From Candidatus Saccharibacteria bacterium UBA6575 (GTDB taxonomy: Bacteria > Patescibacteriota > Saccharimonadia > Saccharimonadales > Saccharimonadaceae): a stretch of 44,108 nucleotides of DNA. The notes beneath the pieces were generated by a model. It did no database searches, was not told the DNA's origin, and saw nothing but the letters and a program-made list of their open reading frames with translations. Each line of letters starts with the position of its first letter. Position 1 is the first letter of the stretch. This document shows positions 27,437 to 36,727 of the stretch, piece by piece. The stretch covers positions 1,004 to 45,111 of the forward strand of contig DJJF01000015.1 in the NCBI GenBank assembly GCA_002434005.1. The letters run 5' to 3'. Made by a program: the position numbers and the translations under genes.

Positions 27437-28357
27437 TTAGGTATCGCTATGGAACCGCTCGTGTACGTCACGTAGGTGTTCGTCGGTGACATGGGTATAT
27501 ACCTGAGTGGTTGCAATATTGGCATGTCCAAGCATGCTCTGAACGCTACGCAGGTCGGCGCCGTTCATCAGTAGGTCGGTTGCGAAGCTATGTCGCATAG
27601 TATGGGGGCTGACATGCTTCGTAATACCAGCCAGTCGTGCGTATTTGTTGATCATACGCTGAATGGAGCGAGCGGTGAGTCGGCGGTAGTCACCGGTTTG
27701 GTTAGCGACATTGTTCCGCGAGTAGCTTAAAAAGAGCGGGGGAAGATTGTCCATGCGAGTCGCCAGATATTCGTCTACACGTTCGGCAGCAGACTTGCTC
27801 ACGAACACCGGCCGGTCTTTTTGTCCCTTACCACGCACCATAAACTCGCGGCGCTTAGTGTTCACATGTCCACGATTCAGGTTTACGAGCTCCGACACAC
27901 GCAGACCGCTGCTAAAGAGCAGTTCTAAGATCGCTCGGTCACGTAGCCCGGCCTCTTCATCGAGCGCTACTGTTTCAAGGAGCCGGGTTACTTCGTCAAA
28001 GTGTAAGAATGATACCTGTTTACGGCTCACCTTAGGCAACTTTATCTTATCGGCTGTCAGCGATTCGATATTACGGTCGCCGAGGTATTTTAAGAAGCCG
28101 CGCAGGGCAATCAAATGGTAACTCTGCGTTATGGTCGAGAGCTTTTCTTTTTTCTCATTTTCGTAGCGGTTGAGCCAGAGCCGGTATTTACGCACCATTT
28201 CTTGGCTGATCGCACCTACCTTGGTGTCATCGCTGAATTCTACAAATCGTTCAAGGTAGAGTTTGTAGTTCTCGGCTGTCTTGGCCGAACGCCCGCCTTC
28301 GACTTCAAGGCTTTCGACGTAGTCGAGGATCAACTCTGAAACGTACTGCGGATTCAT
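27437..28357 (-). CDS. XerC/XerD-family tyrosine recombinase
   Basis: RDRAILELLFSSGLRVSEL, GKGQKDR, HTMRHSFAT, LGHANIATTQVY catalytic residues; likely ATG 28357. Confidence 0.93.
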   Translation of the reverse strand: MNPQYVSELILDYVESLEVEGGRSAKTAENYKLYLERFVEFSDDTKVGAISQEMVRKYRLWLNRYENEKKEKLSTITQSYHLIALRGFLKYLGDRNIESLTADKIKLPKVSRKQVSFLHFDEVTRLLETVALDEEAGLRDRAILELLFSSGLRVSELVNLNRGHVNTKRREFMVRGKGQKDRPVFVSKSAAERVDEYLATRMDNLPPLFLSYSRNNVANQTGDYRRLTARSIQRMINKYARLAGITKHVSPHTMRHSFATDLLMNGADLRSVQSMLGHANIATTQVYTHVTDEHLRDVHERFHSDT

Positions 28358-28382
28358 AGTGCTTATAGTATACAATGCTTAT

Positions 28383-29177
28383 GTGAGCATTCTAGACGCA
28401 ATCATCCTAGGCATCGTACAAGGTTTGACAGAATTTATTCCCGTGTCGTCATCGGGGCACCTTGTGATTACGCAGAACCTGCTCATGGGGCAGGCGGATC
28501 ACCTCTTTATCCAGGCGCTTGACTTTGGAACCTTGGCTGCACTAGTCATTTATTTCTCACCTAAGCTCATCGACCTATTTAAAAAAGTATTTTTTGAACA
28601 CGACTATCGGTTGGCACGCAATATTATCATCACGTGTATCCCGGCTGGACTACTCGGTTTGGTGTTAGCCGACTTTATTCAAAAGAGCGCGGTCTTATTA
28701 AATCCGTTAACGGTGTCTATTATGCTGGCATTAGTGGGTGTGCTCATGGTTGTAGTCGATAAGCTTCCTAAAAAGTCGGCTCGCGCTACGGGTACCGATT
28801 TAAGCCCACGTAGAGCACTCGTCGTTGGTTTGGCGCAGGCATTTGCGCTTATTCCAGGCGTATCCCGGAGCGGTTCAACAATTATCGCGTCTCGTGTCAT
28901 GGGTCTTAGCCCTAAAGCCGCGGCAGAATATAGCTTTATGGTATCGATACCGATTATGTTCGGGCTGATAGGCAAACTACTGCTTAAGCCAACCGACCGC
29001 GCCTATATGGCGCAGCATCTCGATGTCATTGTCATCGCAAATATCGCTGCATTTGTTGCGGCCATACTAGCGATACATTTCTTACTCAAGTACCTGTCAA
29101 AACACGGATTAGCGTTATTTGGCTGGTACCGTATCGTCCTGGCCTCTGTTGTCATCACTGTACTTTTGCTACAATAA
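28383..29177 (+). CDS. uppP: Undecaprenyl-diphosphate phosphatase
   Basis: GIVQGLTEFIPVSSSGH and PGVSRSGSTI BacA motifs; likely GTG 28383. Confidence 0.95.
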   Translation: MSILDAIILGIVQGLTEFIPVSSSGHLVITQNLLMGQADHLFIQALDFGTLAALVIYFSPKLIDLFKKVFFEHDYRLARNIIITCIPAGLLGLVLADFIQKSAVLLNPLTVSIMLALVGVLMVVVDKLPKKSARATGTDLSPRRALVVGLAQAFALIPGVSRSGSTIIASRVMGLSPKAAAEYSFMVSIPIMFGLIGKLLLKPTDRAYMAQHLDVIVIANIAAFVAAILAIHFLLKYLSKHGLALFGWYRIVLASVVITVLLLQ

Positions 29178-29214
29178 AGGCAATACATCCAACGTTTTAA
29201 GGAGTCAAAATCTA

Positions 29215-29721
29215 GTGAGTAAAAATCTCGAACAGACTTTAGTATTGTTTAAACCCGATGCATTGCAGCGCGGACTAGTAGGGGAGATCCTAACTCGTTT
29301 CGAACGCGTTGGTTTGCGTATTGTTGGTACCAAAATGATTGCACCCGATAAGGCCCACTTTCACACGCACTACGAAGACATTGGCCAAGTCATTACACGC
29401 CGTGGCGAGACTGTGTTCAACCAAGTGCTCGGCATGATGACCGATGGCCCTGTTATTGCAATGGTATTCGAGGGTGTTGAAGCAGTTGCATTGGTTCGTA
29501 AAATGGTTGGCGCAACTGAACCTAAGTCATCTGCCCCTGGTACAATCCGTGGCGACTTTAGTCACATGAGCTATGGCTACGCAGATACAGAAGATAAGGG
29601 TATTCCAAACCTTATCCACGCCTCTGGCGACTCGGAAGAGGCTGTGAAAGAAGTTGCTCACTGGTTTAGTGACGAAGAACTCTTCGACTACGAAGCACTT
29701 CATGAGAAGTTCACTCGATAA
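29215..29721 (+). CDS. ndk: Nucleoside diphosphate kinase
   Basis: EQTLVLFKPD, GPVIAMV, GATEP, PGTIRGDF, NLIHASG; AAGGAG SD upstream of GTG 29215. Confidence 0.95.
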   Translation: MSKNLEQTLVLFKPDALQRGLVGEILTRFERVGLRIVGTKMIAPDKAHFHTHYEDIGQVITRRGETVFNQVLGMMTDGPVIAMVFEGVEAVALVRKMVGATEPKSSAPGTIRGDFSHMSYGYADTEDKGIPNLIHASGDSEEAVKEVAHWFSDEELFDYEALHEKFTR

Positions 29722-29722
29722 T

Positions 29723-29749
29723 AAAAATAGCCCCGAAAGGGGCATTTTT
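29723..29749. terminator. Bidirectional terminator
   Basis: AAAAATA-GCCCC-GAAA-GGGGC-ATTTTT between convergent genes. Confidence 0.8.
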
Positions 29750-29763
29750 ATTGAGCAGATATT

Positions 29764-30294
29764 CTAGCTAAGTTGAACTTTGTCGGACTGCAGTGGATTT
29801 TCTGTGACTTTCGCACGATCTCCGGCGAAGCTATCCTGATAGACCGTTATGCGTGTTGTATGGGCATCTAGAACGTGCTTGATTGCTTCTGGGTCGGCAT
29901 TACCTCTGAGGCCACTAAATCCTGTACCGGGTATACCTGCCGTAGCGAGTTTAGGATTCTGAGTGAGCCTTCTAGTCTGTGATATCGTGTCGAGGGCTTC
30001 TTGTAGCATTGCTGGCGTGTCTTCCCATCCGCGACTTTGCTGGCGATGAAGTCCAGTTAGCGCAAGTGAATATGCTGGAATCCATGGCTGTTCCTGACCG
30101 AGGTGGCCAACCATTAGCACTTCTGCTGGTGCCAAGCCGCTATGTTGGCTAAATCGAATCTGTGCAATCTTGAAGCGCCGTAATACCTCACCGCCAAATC
30201 CGCCAGGAACATTTGTTTCGCCGATTGGGAGAGGAACTAGTAGGACATCTTCAAGAGCGTTAAAAGCATCGTCATTCTTGTATCGTTCAATCAT
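29764..30294 (-). CDS. Hypothetical protein
   Basis: 176-aa ORF filling the intergenic space; TATACT -10 about 7 nt upstream of the ATG. Confidence 0.6.
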   Translation of the reverse strand: MIERYKNDDAFNALEDVLLVPLPIGETNVPGGFGGEVLRRFKIAQIRFSQHSGLAPAEVLMVGHLGQEQPWIPAYSLALTGLHRQQSRGWEDTPAMLQEALDTISQTRRLTQNPKLATAGIPGTGFSGLRGNADPEAIKHVLDAHTTRITVYQDSFAGDRAKVTENPLQSDKVQLS

Positions 30295-30354
30295 GGGGCT
30301 AGTATAGGCTTCGTGTATAGCCTAAACAAGCGTGAGCGTAAACGATGTACCGAA

Positions 30355-30702
30355 CTATCCACTCATTCTGCTAATTTCAATGCCATTAGAGTCGTACTGT
30401 ACAATCTTAAGCCCACAGTCTCGAAAGACGCAGCTCAGCCCCCTACAAGTAAATCGAGTTGTAATTTCTTGTGGCTCATTGGCTTCGGGGTAGTGAAGAC
30501 CTCCATGTTTCTGAAAGTCGCTTGCAAGCTTGGCCGCGGCTCCTCCTTCAATATGCTCTATGCATTTAGCGCGTTTATCCTTGTCATGGGGTAAATCAGG
30601 ACCCAGCATGTATTCATTAAACGTTCGAGATTCGTTACTTCCGTGTTCAAAAATAGAACCTCCGGTTGGAGCGCGTTTTGACATATCCACTCTTTCGGCC
30701 AT
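30355..30702 (-). CDS. Hypothetical protein with three clustered Cys
   Basis: 115-aa ORF; TGgTATATAGT promoter-like sequence directly upstream; CRGLSCVFRDC. Confidence 0.55.
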   Translation of the reverse strand: MAERVDMSKRAPTGGSIFEHGSNESRTFNEYMLGPDLPHDKDKRAKCIEHIEGGAAAKLASDFQKHGGLHYPEANEPQEITTRFTCRGLSCVFRDCGLKIVQYDSNGIEISRMSG

Positions 30703-30744
30703 AGGGATACTATATACCAGGTATGGAGAATGTAAAGGGGGTCG

Positions 30745-30896
30745 ACCCCGGGCAGACGGGTGCGCGTCAATCCGCGCGCCGAATGTTTCGGGCGCTAGAC
30801 TGACGACCGAACCTTAACGGTTCGGATTCGTGATACGAATCACTAAATTTAAAGACCGGTCAGAAGGTCGGTCTTTAAATTTGGTACCCCGGGCAG
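30745..30896. repeat. 11-bp direct repeat of the tRNA-Arg 3' region flanking a hairpin-packed spacer
   Basis: ACCCCGGGCAG at 30745-30755 and 30886-30896; hairpins at 30759-30780, 30807-30825, 30825-30841 and 30842-30885. Confidence 0.6.
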
Positions 30897-30958
30897 GAGT
30901 CGAACCTGCAACCTTATCCTTAGGACGGATCTGCTCTATCCAGTTGAGCTACCGAGGC
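30882..30958 (-). tRNA. tRNA-Arg(CCT)
   Basis: GCCTCGG-TA-GCTCAACTGGATAGAGC-A-GATCC-GTCCTAA-GGATA-AGGTT-GCAGG-TTCGACT-CCTGC-CCGGGGT-A-CCA. Confidence 0.92.
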
Positions 30959-31015
30959 GCGTTACCTCTGTAATTTTATCATAGTTACTACCGTTCATTC
31001 TGCTATACTATTGCC

Positions 31016-31564
31016 ATGAGCGATACAGCTGCAAAAGAAACACGACAAGTCGCTTTTGAAGGGCAACGAGAGGGTGAGGAGTTGCTTTTTATCTTTCGTC
31101 GCCACATTATCGCAATGCGAAAAGGTTTTTACGGCTTACTGATTCCATTCGCCTTGAGTTCGATCCCACCACTCATCTGGCAGGATAACTTGCAGCTATT
31201 CTTGCTACCAATAGGTGGACTTGTGATTGGCTTAATCATCTTTAGCTACCACTTTGTTCTGTGGTACTACACGGTATATATCGTTACAAATGAGCGCATT
31301 CGACAGGTGACGCAAAACGGTTTCTTTGGTACCGACGTGGTGGAGCTGCGCCTGTCGAAAATCCAAAACATAAGCTATAATGTTCCTGGGTTCAGCGGTG
31401 AGGTTTTCGGCTTTGGAACCATTGTCATACAGACGTTTGTCGGTGACTTGGTAATCCATAAAGTCGAGCATCCCGAGAAGACATACAATAAGCTGCAAGA
31501 CGCCGTCATGAACGCGATTGAAAAGGTAGGGGGCTATGAAAAAACTGAAGTTGAAGCGGGCTAA
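31016..31564 (+). CDS. Membrane protein with a bacterial PH domain
   Basis: Two TM, then YIVTNERI...GFF...ELRLSKIQNISY...FGFGTIVIQT. Confidence 0.8.
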   Translation: MSDTAAKETRQVAFEGQREGEELLFIFRRHIIAMRKGFYGLLIPFALSSIPPLIWQDNLQLFLLPIGGLVIGLIIFSYHFVLWYYTVYIVTNERIRQVTQNGFFGTDVVELRLSKIQNISYNVPGFSGEVFGFGTIVIQTFVGDLVIHKVEHPEKTYNKLQDAVMNAIEKVGGYEKTEVEAG

Positions 31565-32609
31565 GAAGCAAGAGCAAGCCCCGTCACGTATTACAAACGA
31601 GACGGTAGCTGAGCACCGCGAACAGATTTTGGCCGGCGGGCGTAAATTTAAATATCCGCACCAATATGAGCGACATAAATTAGTATTCAACGTCGTCATT
31701 ATTGCTATCGTTACGGTAGTAATTCTAGCTGTCATTATTTGGTGGCAATTGTATCCCGCACAGAATACCAGTACATTTTTTTACCGCGTCACACGTATCT
31801 TGCCCGTGCCGGTTGCGAGTATCGATGGCACTCAAGTTCGCTACAGCGACTACCTTATGAGCTTTTCTGGCTCGCAGCACTACCTAAAGCAGTCTGAGCA
31901 GCTTAACTTGAACAGCGAAGACGGTAAGCGCCAGCTAGAATTCATTAAGCGCCAAGCTCTCGACGGCGCGATCGCCGATGCCTATGCCGCTAAGATCGCC
32001 CGCGAAAAGAGCATCAGCGTTACTGATAAGCAGGTGAACGATGTCATTGATGCCAGTCTGAACACGGTATCAGGCAAAATTTCTCAGGATATTTATGACG
32101 ATTCAACCTTAAGTACGCTTGGCTACAGCGCCGATGAGTATCGCCAGATCATACGTCGCTCGCTCGTACGACAAGAGGTGGCATATGCAGTGGATACTAA
32201 AGCCAACAATGCCAAGAAGGCAGCAGAAGACTTGCTCAAAGCAAATCCCTCACTAGGCCTTGCTGACGTAGCCAAGCAGTTACAGGACAAAGGCTATTCG
32301 ACCGTGCAGCTTGGATCGACGGGCCAGTTAATACCACGGACTAACCATGATGGTGGCGTAACGCAGCAAGCGGCCAAGCTCCAAAACGGTCAAACATCGG
32401 GATTCTTCCAATCGAATGATGGGAGCTTTGAGCGCAATGGGTACTACATTGTACAGCTCGTCGAATCGAACGATAAGCAGGTGAGCTACAACTACATCCG
32501 CATACCACTGACAGTTTTCAGTGAACAACTCAGAACTCTTGCGAAGAATAAGAAGATTTCAGAATACATCGGCGTAAAGCAGAGCAGTAGCGAAATAATT
32601 CGGCGCTAA
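31536..32609 (+). CDS. SurA N-terminal/PrsA-like foldase
   Basis: TM anchor, PVASIDG, helical chaperone region, parvulin-like remnant LQNGQTSG...GYYIVQL. Confidence 0.75.
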   Translation: MKKLKLKRAKKQEQAPSRITNETVAEHREQILAGGRKFKYPHQYERHKLVFNVVIIAIVTVVILAVIIWWQLYPAQNTSTFFYRVTRILPVPVASIDGTQVRYSDYLMSFSGSQHYLKQSEQLNLNSEDGKRQLEFIKRQALDGAIADAYAAKIAREKSISVTDKQVNDVIDASLNTVSGKISQDIYDDSTLSTLGYSADEYRQIIRRSLVRQEVAYAVDTKANNAKKAAEDLLKANPSLGLADVAKQLQDKGYSTVQLGSTGQLIPRTNHDGGVTQQAAKLQNGQTSGFFQSNDGSFERNGYYIVQLVESNDKQVSYNYIRIPLTVFSEQLRTLAKNKKISEYIGVKQSSSEIIRR

Positions 32610-32659
32610 TGATCCACCTCCTCAACACGCGTATAATAGTAAGATAACGAAGGAGGGAT

Positions 32660-33259
32660 ATGTTCCAGTTACCGAATCTTACTTATGACTACGATGCACT
32701 CGGGCAATACATCAGTAAAGACATCATGCAGCTTCATCACTCGAAGCACCATCAAACGTATGTCGACAAGCTCAATAAAGCGCTTGACGATGCGCCTGAG
32801 CTCAAAGAACAAAGTCTTGAGTCGTTGCTGATGAATCTTGATTCAATTCCAGAAGCTGTGCGCTCGGCGATCCGCAACCAAGGTGGTGGTCACTATAATC
32901 ACACACTGTTTTGGCAGTGGATGAGCCCCGATGGGGGTAGTGAACCTTCAGGTGAATTAGCGAACAAATTAATTGCTCAGTACGGCTCTTACCAGGGGTT
33001 TGTAGATGAGTTTACTGCTAAATCATTAGCAGTTTTTGGGAGTGGTTGGTGCTGGCTCATGCCGGATATGTCAATTGTAACTAGCGCGAACCAGGATAGT
33101 CCGATTATGGAAGGCAAGGCTGCTCCACTCCTAGGACTTGATGTCTGGGAACACGCGTATTACTTGGACTACAAGAACAAGCGTGATGATTATGTGGCTG
33201 CGTGGTGGAATGTCGTGAATTGGGACTTTGTAGCCTCGCGCTTGACCGAATCAAAGTAG
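32660..33259 (+). CDS. sodA: Superoxide dismutase (Mn/Fe family, Mn-type signatures)
   Basis: HHSKHHQTYV, GGGHYNH, FGSGW, NQD, DVWEHAYY; AAGGAGG SD. Confidence 0.95.
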   Translation: MFQLPNLTYDYDALGQYISKDIMQLHHSKHHQTYVDKLNKALDDAPELKEQSLESLLMNLDSIPEAVRSAIRNQGGGHYNHTLFWQWMSPDGGSEPSGELANKLIAQYGSYQGFVDEFTAKSLAVFGSGWCWLMPDMSIVTSANQDSPIMEGKAAPLLGLDVWEHAYYLDYKNKRDDYVAAWWNVVNWDFVASRLTESK

Positions 33260-33264
33260 GTACC

Positions 33265-33828
33265 ATGCAAGATGCTCCAGAGTTTTATGCCAAGGACCGA
33301 CAAGCTTGGCGCAGTTGGCTACAGAAGAACCACGCCACAAAGCAGGCAGTCTGGCTTATCTATGACAAGGGAAATGCTCGAACTATGAGCTGGGGCGATA
33401 TTGTGCAGGAAAGTCTCTGCTTTGGTTGGATTGATTCTAGACCAGGCAAAGTTTCGGACACCCAAAGTAAGATATATATTTCAAAGCGTAAGCCCTCGAG
33501 CGGCTGGTCAAGAGTTAATAAGGCACACATTGAAGAACTTGTGGTCCGGGGATTAATGATGCCAGCGGGTCAGCAAGCTATCGATGCAGCTAAGGCGAGT
33601 GGTGCCTGGGATAAGTTTTCAATGTCTGATAACTTACAACTCTCGCCAGAGCTAATCGAAGCATTTAACGCTAATCCAGTTGCGAAAAAGAATTTCGATA
33701 GTTTTACCGAATCAGGTAGGAGGATCATCTTAGAATGGCTGTATCAGGCTAAGCGGCCAGAGACGGCTCAGACTCGGATACAAAAGATTATTGAGGATGC
33801 AGAGGCTGGCAAGAAGGCGTTTGGCTAA
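33265..33828 (+). CDS. YdeI/OmpD-associated (bacteriocin-protection) family protein
   Basis: WRSWL..NH, LCFGWIDS, SGWS..NK, M.PAG, AKRPET..RI. Confidence 0.88.
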   Translation: MQDAPEFYAKDRQAWRSWLQKNHATKQAVWLIYDKGNARTMSWGDIVQESLCFGWIDSRPGKVSDTQSKIYISKRKPSSGWSRVNKAHIEELVVRGLMMPAGQQAIDAAKASGAWDKFSMSDNLQLSPELIEAFNANPVAKKNFDSFTESGRRIILEWLYQAKRPETAQTRIQKIIEDAEAGKKAFG

Positions 33829-34244
33829 GATTGATTTGACGGAAGCGCATAACCTTCTTCAAGATAGTCAACTTCGATTTCTGGGTTCACTGCTCCCTCA
33901 GCGATAACGTGTGTTTTTAATGCATCTACACATAGCTCCTGGAAATTGATTGGAGTTTCTCCAAGCTCGTGTATTTTTTCGGTAATCAATGCTTCACGCT
34001 TTGAAAGTCGCCTCATGCGCTTTGATCTGCCTCTGGCGTACCGCTTCTTTTCATTTGGTGTCCGCGGTTCTTTTGTTACTACGAAAAGCTCTGGGTGCTC
34101 TTTTCGGACCTCTTTTTCGGCGCGCGCTCGCTGATCGAGCATTGCATGAATCGAAGGTGATAGTCGATCGGTAAACCTTTGGATTGAACCGATAATCTCG
34201 CTACTCGCATGAGTAGGGATGCCTGGGATGTACTCTTCTGACAT
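33825..34244 (-). CDS. Hypothetical protein
   Basis: 139-aa charged ORF; TACAAT -10 about 7 nt upstream of the ATG. Confidence 0.55.
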   Translation of the reverse strand: MSEEYIPGIPTHASSEIIGSIQRFTDRLSPSIHAMLDQRARAEKEVRKEHPELFVVTKEPRTPNEKKRYARGRSKRMRRLSKREALITEKIHELGETPINFQELCVDALKTHVIAEGAVNPEIEVDYLEEGYALPSNQS

Positions 34245-34331
34245 AGGGCGATTGTAGGAGTGTACTCACATTGTGACAAGCATGACCGGATTACCGCAAG
34301 TAAGCTGCTTGCCTAAACCTGAATGAACACT

Positions 34332-34369
34332 AAGAAAAACGAGCCACCATAAGGTGACTCATTTTTCTT
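34332..34369 (-). terminator. Terminator of tRNA-Asp
   Basis: Imperfect inverted repeat AAGAAAAA-cGAGcCACC / GGTGaCTCa-TTTTTCTT. Confidence 0.7.
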
Positions 34370-34444
34370 GGCGCGCTCGACCGGATTTGAACCGGCGATC
34401 TCCTCCGTGACAGGGAGGCGTGATAACCCCTTCACTACGAGCGC
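34369..34444 (-). tRNA. tRNA-Asp(GTC)
   Basis: GCGCTCG...CCTCC-CTGTCAC-GGAGG...GCCGG-TTCAAAT-CCGGT-CGAGCGC-G-CCA. Confidence 0.95.
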
Positions 34445-34577
34445 ACGAGTTTTCGACTCCACGTACTATAGCAAAATTCCACCCCTGGTGCAACCGCTCA
34501 TAGGCAGCTATTTTCGGGTGTAGAAATAGGGAAGTGAAATGGTATACTTAACAGGTACTAGCAGGCAAGTTGAATAC

Positions 34578-34653
34578 GCCGCTATAGCTCAGCTGGTAGA
34601 GCGGCGCTTTCGTAAAGCGTAGGTCTCCGGTTCAAATCCGGATAGCGGCTCCA
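34578..34653 (+). tRNA. tRNA-Thr(CGT)
   Basis: GCCGCTA...GCGCT-TTCGTAA-AGCGT...TCCGG-TTCAAAT-CCGGA-TAGCGGC-T-CCA; discriminator base U. Confidence 0.95.
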
Positions 34654-34660
34654 CATTGTA

Positions 34661-35038
34661 ATGAAACATATTTTTCAAACCACACTCAAACAAATTCTCG
34701 CCGACAGGCCTGTATTGCTATTACTATTTGGCCTACTGATCGGGGGCGTGGCATACATTATGTATGTTGCATTTAATCTAAACGCAAGCGACCTGCAGCT
34801 TGCCACTCGTTATACCTCGTTTGGCGAAACACATTTCTATCGTGAAAAATGGTGGTACCTGCTAAGCTTCGTTGGCTTTGGCATGCTGTTCATTATTGCC
34901 CACATAACAATGCTCGCAAAGCTCCATGCGATCGGCCTGCGCCAGCTTGCGGTAGCATTTGCATGGCTATCGCTTATCGTGCTCGTACTGATGTTTGTCT
35001 ACACGTATGCGGTCTTAGGCATCGCGTATCTGAATTAG
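34661..35038 (+). CDS. Three-TM membrane hypothetical protein
   Basis: Three hydrophobic helices with a RYTSFG loop; ends 3 nt before the GT2 gene. Confidence 0.75.
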   Translation: MKHIFQTTLKQILADRPVLLLLFGLLIGGVAYIMYVAFNLNASDLQLATRYTSFGETHFYREKWWYLLSFVGFGMLFIIAHITMLAKLHAIGLRQLAVAFAWLSLIVLVLMFVYTYAVLGIAYLN

Positions 35039-35041
35039 CGT

Positions 35042-36682
35042 ATGATAAATCTCGAAATCCCCCTAAAAAATCGTTCACGTAGCTATCGGTTCTTTGAAAT
35101 GGTCCCGGGGCTCGTAAGCTGGGGTTCGATCATTCTGCTGATAGTACTGAGTTTACTGAATCCAATCTTGGCGAGTATCTATGTTTTGGCGTTCATCGCT
35201 ACGCTGCTTGTAAAGGCATCCGGCATTGCATACCACACGCTTATTGGGTCGATGCGCATTGAAAAAGCGCAAAAAATCGATTGGCATGGGCGACTTATGG
35301 ATTTAAAAGATCCTGAGGCGGCGTATTCTCGCGTGAATTCCAGCCGAACGCGCGAACTGGGTGAAAAAGCACACGCTGAGAACCTGCGCCTTATGGCGGC
35401 AGCACCGAATACGTATCCAAAGCCGAACGATATTTACCACGCGGTCATTATTCCTACCTACAATGAGCCGTATGAAGTTACTCAGCCAACTATAGAAGCG
35501 ATCATAAACGGAACGTTCGACCCAAAGCAGATCATATTGGTGATCGCATACGAAGAGCGGGGTGGCAACGCGGTTGAAGGTACCGTTAAGCAGCTACGCG
35601 ATGAGTACGCGCATCGCTTTAAGGCGCTCGAAATCATTAAGCACCCTAAAGACCTGCCAGATGAAGTAGTTGGTAAAGGGGGTAACATTACCTACGCCGG
35701 TCAGTTCCTCGAAAAATGGCTGACAAAACAAAAGATCGATATCAAAAACGTCATCGTGACGACGCTTGATAGCGATAACCGTCCGCACCCAACCTATTTT
35801 GATTACGTTGCCTATGAATTCATTGTGCACGACGACCGTAAGCACCTAGCATTCCAGCCAGTCTCGCTATTCCTGAATAATATCTGGGATGTACCGGCGC
35901 CAATGCGCGTTGTTGCTACCGGTAACTCATTCTGGAATATTATCTCGAGCATGCGGCCGCACACGTTGCGCAACTTTGCGGCTCACTCCCAGCCTATGGA
36001 AGCGTTAGTAGAAATGGGCTTTTGGAGCAAGCGTACGATTGTGGAGGATGGCCATCAATACTGGCGCAGTTGGTTCTACTTTGGCGGACGCTACGAAGTT
36101 ATTCCTATCTATGTACCGATTTACCAAGATGCCGTACTCAGTGACACATATATGAAAACTCTCAAGGCGCAGTTCGTACAGCTTCGCCGTTGGGCATATG
36201 GAGCGAGTGATGTGCCGTATGTAGCAACCAGGGTATTTACTCGTAAGCGCAATGTGCCGTTTTGGGCAGGGTTCACGCGCTTTATGCGACTACTCGACGG
36301 GCATGTAACATTAGCCTGCGTGTCGATCATTGTCACATTCGGCGGTTTCGCACCGCTTTTCATTAATCCAGAAGCGTCACGCTCCGTCGCAGCCAATCAG
36401 TTACCGGAAGTTTTGAGCGTACTACAGCGTGTTGCCATGATTGGACTGTTCATTACCATATTCCTGGCATTTAAGATGCTGCCGCCGCGCCCAGCCCGCT
36501 ATAAGCGTCGTCGTAACTTTGGCATGGTAGCGCAGTGGCTCCTCATGCCATTTATTGCTATAGGATACAATGCCGCCGCCGCATTCTACTCGCAAACCCG
36601 GCTAATGTTTGGCCGCTATCTCGATAAGTTCGATGTCACTGACAAAGCGACAGTCGAAACGATCGACGCTAAAAAAAGCTAA
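35042..36682 (+). CDS. Membrane glycosyltransferase family 2 (processive-type motifs)
   Basis: IIPTYNEP, GKGGN, TLDSD (DxD), VED, QLRRW (QxxRW); N- and C-terminal TMs. Confidence 0.9.
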   Translation: MINLEIPLKNRSRSYRFFEMVPGLVSWGSIILLIVLSLLNPILASIYVLAFIATLLVKASGIAYHTLIGSMRIEKAQKIDWHGRLMDLKDPEAAYSRVNSSRTRELGEKAHAENLRLMAAAPNTYPKPNDIYHAVIIPTYNEPYEVTQPTIEAIINGTFDPKQIILVIAYEERGGNAVEGTVKQLRDEYAHRFKALEIIKHPKDLPDEVVGKGGNITYAGQFLEKWLTKQKIDIKNVIVTTLDSDNRPHPTYFDYVAYEFIVHDDRKHLAFQPVSLFLNNIWDVPAPMRVVATGNSFWNIISSMRPHTLRNFAAHSQPMEALVEMGFWSKRTIVEDGHQYWRSWFYFGGRYEVIPIYVPIYQDAVLSDTYMKTLKAQFVQLRRWAYGASDVPYVATRVFTRKRNVPFWAGFTRFMRLLDGHVTLACVSIIVTFGGFAPLFINPEASRSVAANQLPEVLSVLQRVAMIGLFITIFLAFKMLPPRPARYKRRRNFGMVAQWLLMPFIAIGYNAAAAFYSQTRLMFGRYLDKFDVTDKATVETIDAKKS

Positions 36683-36692
36683 TGTATACGTA

Positions 36693-36721
36693 TTGACCAA
36701 GGACTGTAAAAGGGTTATAAT
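36693..36721 (+). promoter_or_regulatory. Near-consensus sigma70 promoter of the large ncRNA candidate
   Basis: TTGACC (36693-36698), 17 nt, TATAAT (36716-36721). Confidence 0.8.
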
Positions 36722-36727
36722 ACTAAT

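Noticed and set aside
27437..28357. Prophage or island integrase
   Set aside because: It looks like a housekeeping XerC/D between pil genes and uppP, with no phage or conjugation genes nearby.
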